From Octopus vulgaris (taxonomy: Eukaryota), in contig OX597840.1 of NCBI GenBank assembly GCA_951406725.2, positions 29,512,001 through 29,576,000 on the forward strand: a stretch of DNA of 64,000 nucleotides, in the 5' to 3' direction. Both the position numbers and the translations under genes were made by a program. A model generated the notes under the pieces. The model was given only the letters and a program-made list of their open reading frames with translations. It was not told the origin of the DNA and did not search any database. Each line of letters starts with the position of its first letter. Positions within the stretch are counted from its first letter, which is position 1. This document shows positions 53,905 through 64,000 of this stretch, one piece after another.

Positions 53905-55385
53905 AAACGTTGAATTTTATAGATTGCTAGAAATCGCTTATAGGAACTAAAGGAATGTTTTTGCCAATGTTTGCAATGATAAGCACCTTTAAGCATGTTC
54001 ACAAGAGGATTCTCTGAGAACAAGATGAAATACATTCCACCGTTACAAAGCAGACAGAAAGATTTACCTTTACCATACGGAAAGGATTTAGATAGAATAT
54101 TCCATTCCAAATCAAATCGTTTATTACAATTCTTTAGATGCCAAATTAATTTACTAAGCCCAGTATTGTTACATTTATTGATATGTCTAAATATAGAGCA
54201 ATGATTATAAATTCTTTTGGACAACTGAGATGAAGAACTACCTACACAGGAGTGGCTGTGTGGTAAGTAGCTTGTTTACCAACCACATGGTTCCGGGTTC
54301 AGTCCCACTGCATGGCAACTTGGGCAAGTGTCTTCTACTATAGCCTCGGGCCGACCAAAGCCTTGTGAGTGGATTTGGTAGACGGAAACTGAAAAAAGCC
54401 TGTCGTATATATGTATATATATATGTGTGTTTGTGCATCTGTGTTTGTGCATCTGTGTTTGTCCCCCTAGCATTGCTTGACAACCGATGCTGGTGTGTTT
54501 ACGTCCCCGAAACTTAGCGGTTCGGCAAAAGAGACCGATAGAATAAGTACTGGGCTTACAAAAGAATAAGTCCCGGGGTCGAGTTGCTTGACAAAAGGCG
54601 GTGCTCCAGCATGGCCGCAGTCAAATGACTGAAACAAGTAAAAGAGTAAAGAGTATATGAAAACAAGATGTCAGAACTGAAGTAATTTTACATTGATAAA
54701 TAGAGTTTCTAGTCTTAGAATTACTGCTAAAGAAACGAATGTGACTGGAATCCACATCAGAAACACTAACACTGCTGTTATTATTATTTAAAGAATGGTT
54801 AGTGTTAGCAATATCAATGTGACTATTTTCATTTAACAACTTATTATTATGCAAAGAAATGATATGTGAAAGATTTTTTTGTTAGAAAACCCTATCCTGA
54901 TTCTGTGTGAATTAATAATCCAATAGTAATTTGAATTTTTTGGTGGGGTGGGAAAATTCCTTTCTATAGCTTCACAAAACTGGTAAAGGAGGTTGGATTT
55001 GATCTGCTTACAATATGGAATTATCAACCAAACAATTTCGCTAGGACATACCTTGTTATTAGGGTAATTATCTTTAAAAGTCCTTGATATACCTTTATAA
55101 CGAAAATTGGGTCTTAAACAATGGTTATCTCCCTTACATTGCAGAATTACATTTCTCAATTTAGTGTTGTTATTTGAACTAAAATTAATATAGTTAATAT
55201 CATTATGACTTCATTACTTGTCCTGATTAATAGAGGTAGAATTAATGTCAATAGGGTTAATATAAGTATTTTTTCTTTATAGCCTACTTTAAGTAAGGCA
55301 GAGTTGTAAAATTCAGCTTTATTGTTGAAGATATCAACATAAGTAGATAATCTAGAAAGTCTAAGTGAAATATTTCTAATTAAAT
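53905..55385 (-). mobile_element. Penelope-like element (C-terminal EN, possibly Hydra-like clade): RT thumb to GIY-YIG, decayed, SINE-interrupted
   Basis: ISLRLSRLST..DIFNNKAEFYNSALLKVGY; IVWLIIPY...NFP; HNNKLL; IYQCKIT...FHI|GSSSSQLSKRIYNH..F...TGLSKLIWHLK...W.IL...Y...CLLC...CKH. Confidence 0.85.
54245..54654 (+). mobile_element. SINE family A inserted in the PLE YIG motif
   Basis: Family A consensus; the flanks rejoin in frame. Confidence 0.92.
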
Positions 55386-56451
55386 TCTAATTAAATATTT
55401 CTAATTTAAATTCTTAGAGTGATTACTGGTGTAGGTAAAATCAAGGCCACATATATTTCCTCTTCACATACACAGCTACCCTCATTGCTCACCGTGAACT
55501 ATAAAATAGCGTTTTACAGATTATCGAACTTCTATATGGAAAAAATTCACAAAGTTCTATGTAAATAAACCACTTTTGTTCCTAAAAGCTGTTTTGTAAC
55601 TTCTGTGGACTGCTCGAAGCTGACTAACTTCCTACATTTTGATCCTTGAATCATACCTTTACATCCATATATGGCAGTGCCCCAGCATGGCCACAGCTCA
55701 AGAGCTGAAACTGGAAAACATAAACATAATATATTCTCTGTCTCTCTAAACAAATTTAAAAAAAAGATGAATATACAGAATATTAGACTTTGTTCCACCT
55801 CATGACACGAAATTAAATTTATCAAACTATTTCATTATTCAATTATTTAATTAGTTTCTGCTCATTGATTGTTTATGTTTCACATAATTACAAACACAAA
55901 AGTAAATAAAAAAGAGCATAGGTTTATTATTTCAAAGATTTGTTGTTTCAAAGAGAAAAAAAACCCCAAATAAATGACATCTTGAAAATATGTCTGGATT
56001 ATGTTTCTCAAATATAATATTAACCGCACAGTCTCATATATTAATATTGTTAAGTAGATTTTAGATAAATATGGTTTAATATTACTTTGAAATGAAAGTT
56101 TCAAAGTATTTTCAATTTAAATTATTTTAATGGATAAAGAAACTATTTCGATATTAAATGTCTTATGAAGTTGGGGGGTGGAAATGGTAAAATTGCTTAG
56201 AGGGTGGACAAAAATCATCATTATTTTCCACCTCTCCACAGTGACAAGCTGGTGGAATTGTTAGCACACAGGGAAAAATGCTTACTGGCATTTCATCTGT
56301 CTATACATTCTGAGTTCAAATTCCGCCAAGGACCACTTTGCCTTTCATCCTTTTGGGGTAGATAAAATGAGTACCAGTTAAACACTGGGGTTCAACGTAA
56401 TTAACTCATCCCCTCTGCCAAATTGTTGGCCTTGTGCCCAAATTTGAAACC

Positions 56452-56533
56452 ATTATTATCATTATTATTATTACTATTATTATTATTATTATTATCATTA
56501 TTATTATTACTATTATTATTATTATTATTATTA

Positions 56534-56570
<37 letters not shown>

Positions 56571-56663
56571 CATTATTATTATTACTATTATTATTATTAT
56601 TATTATCATTATTATTATTACTATTATTATTATTATTATTATTATCATTATTATTATTATAAA

Positions 56664-56699
<36 letters not shown>

Positions 56700-56702
56700 T
56701 AC

Positions 56703-56753
<51 letters not shown>

Positions 56754-56785
56754 CATTATTATTATTATAAATATTATTATTAATA
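56452..56785. repeat. (ATT)n microsatellite
   Basis: Direct inspection. Confidence 0.97.
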
Positions 56786-56789
56786 TGAC

Positions 56790-57184
56790 CCGCTGTACTT
56801 GAAGAGACCTATTGAGTCAAGTACATCAACATCAAAATAAATATCAAAAGGAAATTGTAGTTGTGATACCTGTGCTGGCAGCATGTAAAAAACACCATCC
56901 GAACGTGGCTGATGCCAGCGCCGCCTTGACTGGCTTCTGTGCCAGTGGCACGTAAAAAGCACCAACCGATCGGGGCTGCTACCAGCCTCCCCTGGCACCT
57001 GTGCCAGGGGCACGTAAAAAGCACAACTACACTTTCAGAATGGCTGGCATTAGGAAGGTCATCCAGCTGTAGAAACACTGCCAGATCAGACTGGAACCTG
57101 GTGCAGCCTCCTGGCTTCCCAGACCCTGGTCGAACCGTCCAACCTGTGCTAGCATGGAAAATAGACGTTAAACGATGATGATGA
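56790..57184 (+). mobile_element. RTE LINE 3'UTR (family C)
   Basis: Tandem modules, conserved tail and (gat)n. Confidence 0.85.
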
Positions 57185-57530
57185 TTATTATTATTATTAT
57201 TAATTTTTGAGGACTGATGTTACTCCTCCAGATAGTAAAGAAACAATATGAAGAGTGTGACTGTTATCCAATTAACAATATTTCAATTACAGTCACACTC
57301 TTCTTATTGATTCCTTATCATTATATTATTATTATTGTTTTAATAATTATTATTATTCATGGTAGCAAGCTGGCAGGATTGTTAGCTCACCAAGGAAAAT
57401 GCTTATGGTATTTCATTTAACCGCACATTCTGAGTTCAAATTCTGCTGAGGTCGACTTTTCTTTTCATCCTTTCAGCCTTGATAAAATAAGTAGCCCAAA
57501 TTTAAGGCCTTGTGCCTTTAGTAGAAAGCA

Positions 57531-57567
<37 letters not shown>

Positions 57568-57569
<2 letters not shown>

Positions 57570-57781
57570 AGTGAGAGAGCAGTGCATGCCATCAAAGTGA
57601 CACTAAGGGACATGCTCAACTGGTTAAGGTCAAACAACTGAAAAGCAAATCTGTGGTATTGAGCAAAATATTTGCTGTAGCCCATCTTTTATACCAAGAC
57701 AAAACAATGTACATGATAACACTTCCAATCAGTTAAGATCAGAAGCCACGAGAGCCACTGCCTGGTACTGCATCAGGGCAC
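57568..57781 (-). mobile_element. internally deleted copy of the (TAA)n-associated element at 21113-21637
   Basis: Reverse-complement identity to both ends of 21113-21637; flanked by (ATT)n. Confidence 0.7.
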
Positions 57782-57962
57782 TAATATTATTATTATTATT
57801 ATTATTGACTCAGGTTTCGTTGTATTCCTGGTAGGATTTATGTGGTTAGCAGGTAACGACCTGTAACCTTAGGTATCCACAAGTTTTCAGCAATCATTCA
57901 AGTGCTTAGCACCCTCCTGATAATCCTTGCTGTCCCTAAGAGACAAACATTCTGTAGGAGCT

Positions 57963-58008
<46 letters not shown>

Positions 58009-58036
58009 CACAACCACCACCACCACCACCACCACC

Positions 58037-58085
<49 letters not shown>

Positions 58086-58296
58086 TTGTTATTTCTCCTC
58101 TCTGACATACAATTCAAGAAACAAACGGGATTTTAACGACATCTGCATGGTAGATTTCTCAGAAAAATCTTATACTAATTTATTACTAATTTAGCAAGTT
58201 GGCAACCGTTGTTGTTATCAAGATTAAATCATTAAATTGCAGCAGAAATGTAGGCAAAAATATTAAAGAAAATGTAATAATAATTGTAAATATAAA

Positions 58297-58334
<38 letters not shown>

Positions 58335-58605
58335 TAAAAGGAAAGAAAGATTTCCAAGATAATTTTCCAAGTAAAGGAAATGGTTTTGTAAAATAATATT
58401 ATATTGTATCTGAATAATTTATAAACTCTGTAATCTGTTATATCTGATTTAAATAACAATCAGTAGTACGTTGTTGTATGTATATGTATCTGTATACATC
58501 TGTGTATGTGTGTGTGTGTGCATCTCTCTTTCTCTCTCTCTCTCTCTAAATATATATATATATATATATATACTTTATTTAAAAGCAGCAGAAATATAAC
58601 AAAAG

Positions 58606-58643
58606 CTGTTACTCAGAGTTTCACGTTCCGGTTCGTCGGACAG
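58606..58643 (-). ncRNA. type I hammerhead motif, U4C core (CCGACGA)
   Basis: CUGU-CCGACGA-AC cggaac GU-GAA-ACU cug AGU-A-ACAG, with AAUAAA ~25 nt downstream. Stem II is weak. Confidence 0.55.
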
Positions 58644-58653
58644 TCTTGCTAAA

Positions 58654-58690
<37 letters not shown>

Positions 58691-58695
58691 TATAT

Positions 58696-58817
58696 AATTA
58701 AAAATGAGGGTGTCTAAGAGACACCAACATGCCGAAATAGCAGTCGAAACTCTATAGTCAGAGTTTCGACTGCTATTTCGGCATGTTGGTGTCTCTTAGA
58801 CACCCTCATTTTTAATT
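58696..58817. repeat. perfect palindrome, 58-bp arms and 6-nt loop
   Basis: 58696-58753 is the reverse complement of 58760-58817. Confidence 0.95.
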
Positions 58818-58908
58818 GTTAAAAATTATTACCTTTGTACGGTATTTTTCCCATGCTAGCCACTAGATAATATGAATACTTAAATATCGATATTATCCTC
58901 ATATATAA

Positions 58909-58981
<73 letters not shown>

Positions 58982-59110
58982 TAAAAGGAATTCCAACCTT
59001 ATCTGATTTTCACGTTTTATTTACAATCTTATAATGATATATTATAAGATAATATATTATAATTGAATAAAATAAAATGAAATAGTAGAATGTTAAATGT
59101 TCATTCTGAT

Positions 59111-59155
59111 TGAACTAGTACTTTCATGCATTGAATTCTGCAATCTTCGGGTTCA
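59111..59155 (-). ncRNA. minimal type I hammerhead motif, U4C core (CCGAAGA)
   Basis: UGAAC-CCGAAGA-u UGCA gaauucaa UGCA u-GAA-AGUACU-A-GUUCA. Palindromic stem III, CUA site. Confidence 0.65.
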
Positions 59156-59430
59156 TGTAGTAGTGGTGACAGTCATGCTTCACAATTTTTGAAGCATGAC
59201 TGTCACCATATATATATATATGTATATATATACGGTTAAGTAATTGAGATTCTAGTGAATTCTAAAGAATTCACATGAATATGGTCCTTAACTAGGATGC
59301 ACCGGAAATCTATATGGTGTTAACCATACGACAAGTGGGGTGATTACAAATAGGAAAAAAGCAACAAGAATGGATTAAAATCTCGGTACGATCGTTTCGT
59401 ACGAGGACATCTTTAATAAGCTACAAAAGG

Positions 59431-59461
<31 letters not shown>

Positions 59462-59463
59462 GG

Positions 59464-59581
<118 letters not shown>

Positions 59582-60317
59582 CATACATATAGATGCAGGT
59601 ATAGCTGTGTGGTATGAAGCTTGCTTTCCAGTCACATGGTTCCAGGTTCAGTCCCACTGCATGACACTTTAGGCAAATTTCTTCTATTAAAGCCTTGGGC
59701 CATCCAAAGACTTGGTTGACAAAAACTGAAAGGACTCTGTTGTACATATATATTATCATCATTTAACGTCTGTTGTCCATGCCGGCTTGAGTTGGGTAGT
59801 GTGACCAGAGCTGGAAACTGGAAGGCTGTACCTGAATCTGGTCTGACTTGTTTTAGTTTCTGCAGCCGGATGCTATTCCTAACACCAGCCACTTTACAGA
59901 GTGTACAGGATGCTTTTACATGGCACCACATGGACACTTTTACTTGATGCTGCACGGGCACCTTGAATGTGAAACTGCCACAAGTGTTTTACACCACCCA
60001 AAGGATTAGTCTTAACACTTCTGCTGTTGAGTACGGGTCTTTTTGAGAATGGCAAAGTGCCAGGCATCTTGGTCTTTTGTCCTGTCATCTACGTCCAGTT
60101 TTGGGTGCCCCTCTCCCCGAGGAGTAGGGGCTGAAACCGGACGTGGTTCCTCCTCATGATGTCTTTAGCCACTGGATCGTATAAAGAAGCTGTTGAAGAA
60201 GTGAACCATGAAACAACACAAAGCTCAGTCTGGGAATCGAACTCACTACCTCATGAATGTGAGCCCAATGCTCTAATCACTGATCCATGAGTGTTATGCA
60301 TGTTATTGCATTAATAT

Positions 60318-60645
60318 GTGAAGACGCGTGGCTTAGTGGTTAGGGCATTCGACTGACGATTGTAAGGTCGTGAGTTCGATTCCTGGCGATGCGTTGTGTC
60401 CTTGAGCAAGACACTTTATTTCACGTTGCTCCAGTCCACTCAGCTGGCAAAAATGAGTTGTACCTTTATTTCAAAGAGCCGGCCTTGTCACACTCTGTGT
60501 CACGCTGAATCTCCCTGAGAACTGCATTAAGGGTACTCGTGTCTGTGGATCACTCAGTCACTTTCACGTTAATTTCATGAGCAGGCTGTTCCGTTGATCG
60601 GATCAGCTAGGACCCTCGTCGTTGTAACCGACGGAGTGCTCCTAT
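60318..60645 (+). mobile_element. tRNA-derived SINE, family E
   Basis: tggcttagtggttagggc A box, gagttcgattcc B box, and gtgtccttgagcaagacac. Confidence 0.8.
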
Positions 60646-60857
60646 TGCATTAATATGATACAACAGTTGATATGTACATGCATGTCTTCAGGTGAGTTGG
60701 AGTGTGACTGTGTGTCCACCACTGTTTGACACCAAGTGTTGGTGTGTTCCCATCTGCATAATCTGGTTGGTCTCTGTGCTGAAAGAAGCCTGTCGTATAT
60801 ATGTATATGTATATATATGTTTCTGTGAAAGAGACCAACCGAATAAGCACCAGACTT

Positions 60858-61460
60858 ATTTCTTTATTGCCCACAAAGGGCTACACACAGAGGGGACAAA
60901 CAAGGACAGACAAACGGATTAAGTCGATTATATCGACCCCAGTGCGTAACTAGTACTTAATTTATCGACCCCGAAAGGACGAAAGACAAAGTTGACCATA
61001 GCAGAATTTGAGCTCAGAACATAACGGCAGATGAAATACCTATTTCTTTACTACCCACAAGGGGCTACACATAGAGGGGACAAACAAGGACAGACAAACA
61101 GATTAAGTCGATTACATCGACCTCAGTGTGTAACTGGTACTTAATTTATCGACCCCGAAAGGACGAAAGGCACAGTCAACCTTGGCGGAATTTGAGCTCA
61201 GAACGTAACGGCAGACGAAATACCTATTTCTTTACTACCCACAAGGGGCTAAACACAGAGGGGACAAACAAGGACAGACAAACGGATTAAGTCGATTACA
61301 TCGACCCCAGTGCGTAACTGGTACTTAATTTATCAATCCCTTGGCGAAATTTGAGCTCAGAATGTAATGGCAGACAAACTACCGCTCAGCATTTCGTCCG
61401 GTCTTCTAATCCGCTCAGCATTTCGTCCGGTCTTCTAATGATTCTGCCAGCTTGCCGCCT
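60858..61460 (-). mobile_element. SINE family B, head plus three tandem bodies
   Basis: Junctions gaaatacctatttcttt (plus strand) at ~61033 and ~61217. Confidence 0.9.
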
Positions 61461-62779
61461 TTAAATGAAAATGTACTCTGGTACATTTTCATAAAAACAT
61501 AAGTCCTGTGGTTGATTCCATCGGCTGAAATTCATCAAAGAAGAGCCTCAGCATGGCCACAGTCAAAGGACCAAAACAAGTAAAAGATAGACAGAAAATG
61601 GTAAATGATAAGTATGTGTGTACGTGTGTGCATGCAAGTGTGTGTGAGTAATGTTTATGTTTCTATACTTAAATGTAAAAGAAATGGAGGAATCGATATC
61701 TAATAACAACCGAGAGGGGGGAAAAAAAAGACAAAAACTGAAAATCGAAAAGGGGGGGATATAAAAAAAAAGGGGCAAGTAATGTTTGCTTGAACTTAAA
61801 CAAAAGGAAATCTTCAAAAGGAGCAAAGATTAAAGATTTAGGAAGATGAATATTTAATCAGCCATAACGAGAAGATATCGTAAACAAATTCCAATTTAAA
61901 CTTTAAATTAGCAACAACAACAACCACAACAACAGTAACAACAACAACTACAACAACTACATAAGCAATAACAAATTAAACAATAACGTTTTTATATTAA
62001 TTTAGTTCCTTTTAGTTTTATATATGTTTACAAGTTGCTCTGTCGATAATTATTCATCCTTATTATTTTCTCGGTGAAAAAAAAATCGACATTAAGCAAA
62101 AAGTATTAAAGAAATTTTCGATGATATTTGAATTCTGTAGTACTTGACAAATCATATCCAAATTTGACCTTCACCTCTGCACCTCATTCCATCAAAACAT
62201 GGTTAAGCTGGGAATAAGATATAAGATGCCAGAGATGGTAAATAGTTTTATCCTCTATTTTTTCACTCATTTCACTCACTGAGCTGCGGTCATGCTGGGG
62301 TAGTGTCTCAAAAGGTTTTCACTTGAATAAATTAACCCCAGTGCATATTAATTTTAAAAAGTCTGGTATATATTGTACAAGCAAAACACCCCTTGTCCAA
62401 TGGATGGTGCTGAGTTGTCAAACATTTATACCAAATTTTCTCAAAACAACTTGTCTGACCGTCCCATAGGCTTCCCCTTTGAGAAACACTGATTTAAACT
62501 AAATTCGAGACACCAGCAAAAGAAGAAATAAAGATAGACTTTTTTTTCTATTCCAAAGAAAAACGATTTTATACACACAAATATGCAACCGAAGAGTTTA
62601 AAGTACCAGTAATGATAAGGCTGTTGACTGGGAGAACACAAACAGGGTTTAAACAGTAAGCTTGGCAGGAAAGAAACGTGCCTTTAAGCAGTACAAAAAC
62701 AACAAAAAATGGAAGGTGCAGTTATGTACAGGTTGACGGAAGAAAAGCAGGACAAAAACGGCTTTATCGATTGCATTCT

Positions 62780-62936
62780 CACCTGAAATCGATTTATATA
62801 ATTTTTTCAAGACTTATACACGCCCTGATACTGTTGGTATCTACATATCAAATTTGAGCGCACTCGGATAGAGGATACCCGAGATCCTAGAAGACACACA
62901 CACACAGACAGACAGAATGGATTTTATATATTGTAT
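62780..62936 (+). mobile_element. possible Helitron/Helentron-type non-autonomous element end
   Basis: caaatttgagc...gagatcctagaaga(ca)n(caga)n...ttttatatat resembles such termini. Single copy here. Confidence 0.35.
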
Positions 62937-63073
62937 CAATCGCTTTTGCCAAACTTCTAGGTTATGAGGACAACACTTATTGTTAAGCAGTGGGGGTGTA
63001 GACACATGCACACACACACCCAACTAACCAAACCCCACATATATATTAAAAAATGGAGCACTGTATTTACTGC

Positions 63074-63166
63074 AGGACACTGATGAGGTGAAGTGCATAA
63101 TTACATAATGTTGCTACAACTGCTATGTAATCATTTCAGCAGTTTACTGAAACACATGTATGTCCT
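63074..63166 (+). ncRNA. type I hammerhead ribozyme, canonical core, long stem II
   Basis: AGGACA-CUGAUGA-GGUGAAgUGC..AUUACAUA..UAUGUAAU..GCAgUUUACU-GAA-AC acau GU-A-UGUCCU. Confidence 0.85.
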
Positions 63167-63570
63167 ATAAAACTTTAAGGACCATACCTGCTTTCTGCTT
63201 GTCATTATTTAAAAGCATAAGGTAGCAAGCTGGCAGAAACCTTAACACACCAGACAAAATGCTTAGTGACGTTTCATTTGTTTACATTTTGAGTTTGAAT
63301 TCTGCCAAGGTGAAATCTCCCTTTCATCCTTTCAGGGTTGATAAAATAAGTACTAGTAGGACACTAGGGGTTAATGTACTTGGCTTACCCTCTCCCCTGA
63401 AATTGCTGGCTTTGCACCAGAATATGAAATCGTCATTATTTAAAAACAAATACGGTAAGCCAGTAGAATCATTAGCATGTCAAGTGAAATGCTTAGCGAC
63501 ATTCTGACCAAAGCCTTGTGAGTGGATTTGGTAGAGGGAAACTAATAGAAGCCCATCATATATATATGTA

Positions 63571-63656
<86 letters not shown>

Positions 63657-63876
63657 TTATTCTTAAACAAGAATTTTGTTGACAGTGACTTCGAAATATC
63701 AGCCAGCTAACCCATTGTCCAATGATGGCTTTGCTGGTTAAAACTTCGAAGTCACAATCAACAACATAATTGTATAAGAATAATAAATTTGCATTCTATA
63801 AAACTATAGAATAACCCATCAGATTAATGCACAATTGTTTTTTATCATAACATAAAAACAAACATTATTATATATA

Positions 63877-63918
<42 letters not shown>

Positions 63919-64000
63919 AAATTTAAAGGACTGACCACTAAAAGTGAACGGTCAACATGCTAGATATAAATGTCAAAATCATTATTTTAGTGGTCAGTTC

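Overview
AT-rich, microsatellite-saturated eukaryotic DNA with no intact host protein-coding gene that I can support. The SINE/LINE families and (TA)n/(CA)n density suggest an octopus-type cephalopod genome, intronic or intergenic; this is inference. Recognisable content: (i) many copies of at least four tRNA-headed SINE families; (ii) RTE-clade LINE fragments and many RTE 3'UTR tails ending in (GAT)n; (iii) an R4/Dong-like RT fragment beside (TAA)n; (iv) four Penelope-like element (PLE) fragments with GIY-YIG endonuclease; (v) a decayed full-length Tc1 and a mariner remnant. Almost all supplied ORFs are microsatellite artefacts. The main hidden signal is RNA-structural. About 11 complete type I hammerhead ribozyme (HHR) motifs and several remnants, from several unrelated sequence families, sit mostly in short unique islands among (TA)n tracts. 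They include a tandem 337-bp HHR dimer with TSD and rod-like self-complementarity (retrozyme-like, 17643-18374), a head-to-head palindromic HHR pair (19758-19947) and recurrent non-canonical cores (A6U, U4C, C3U). All HHR calls are manual folds; none has been tested by covariance search or cleavage assay.
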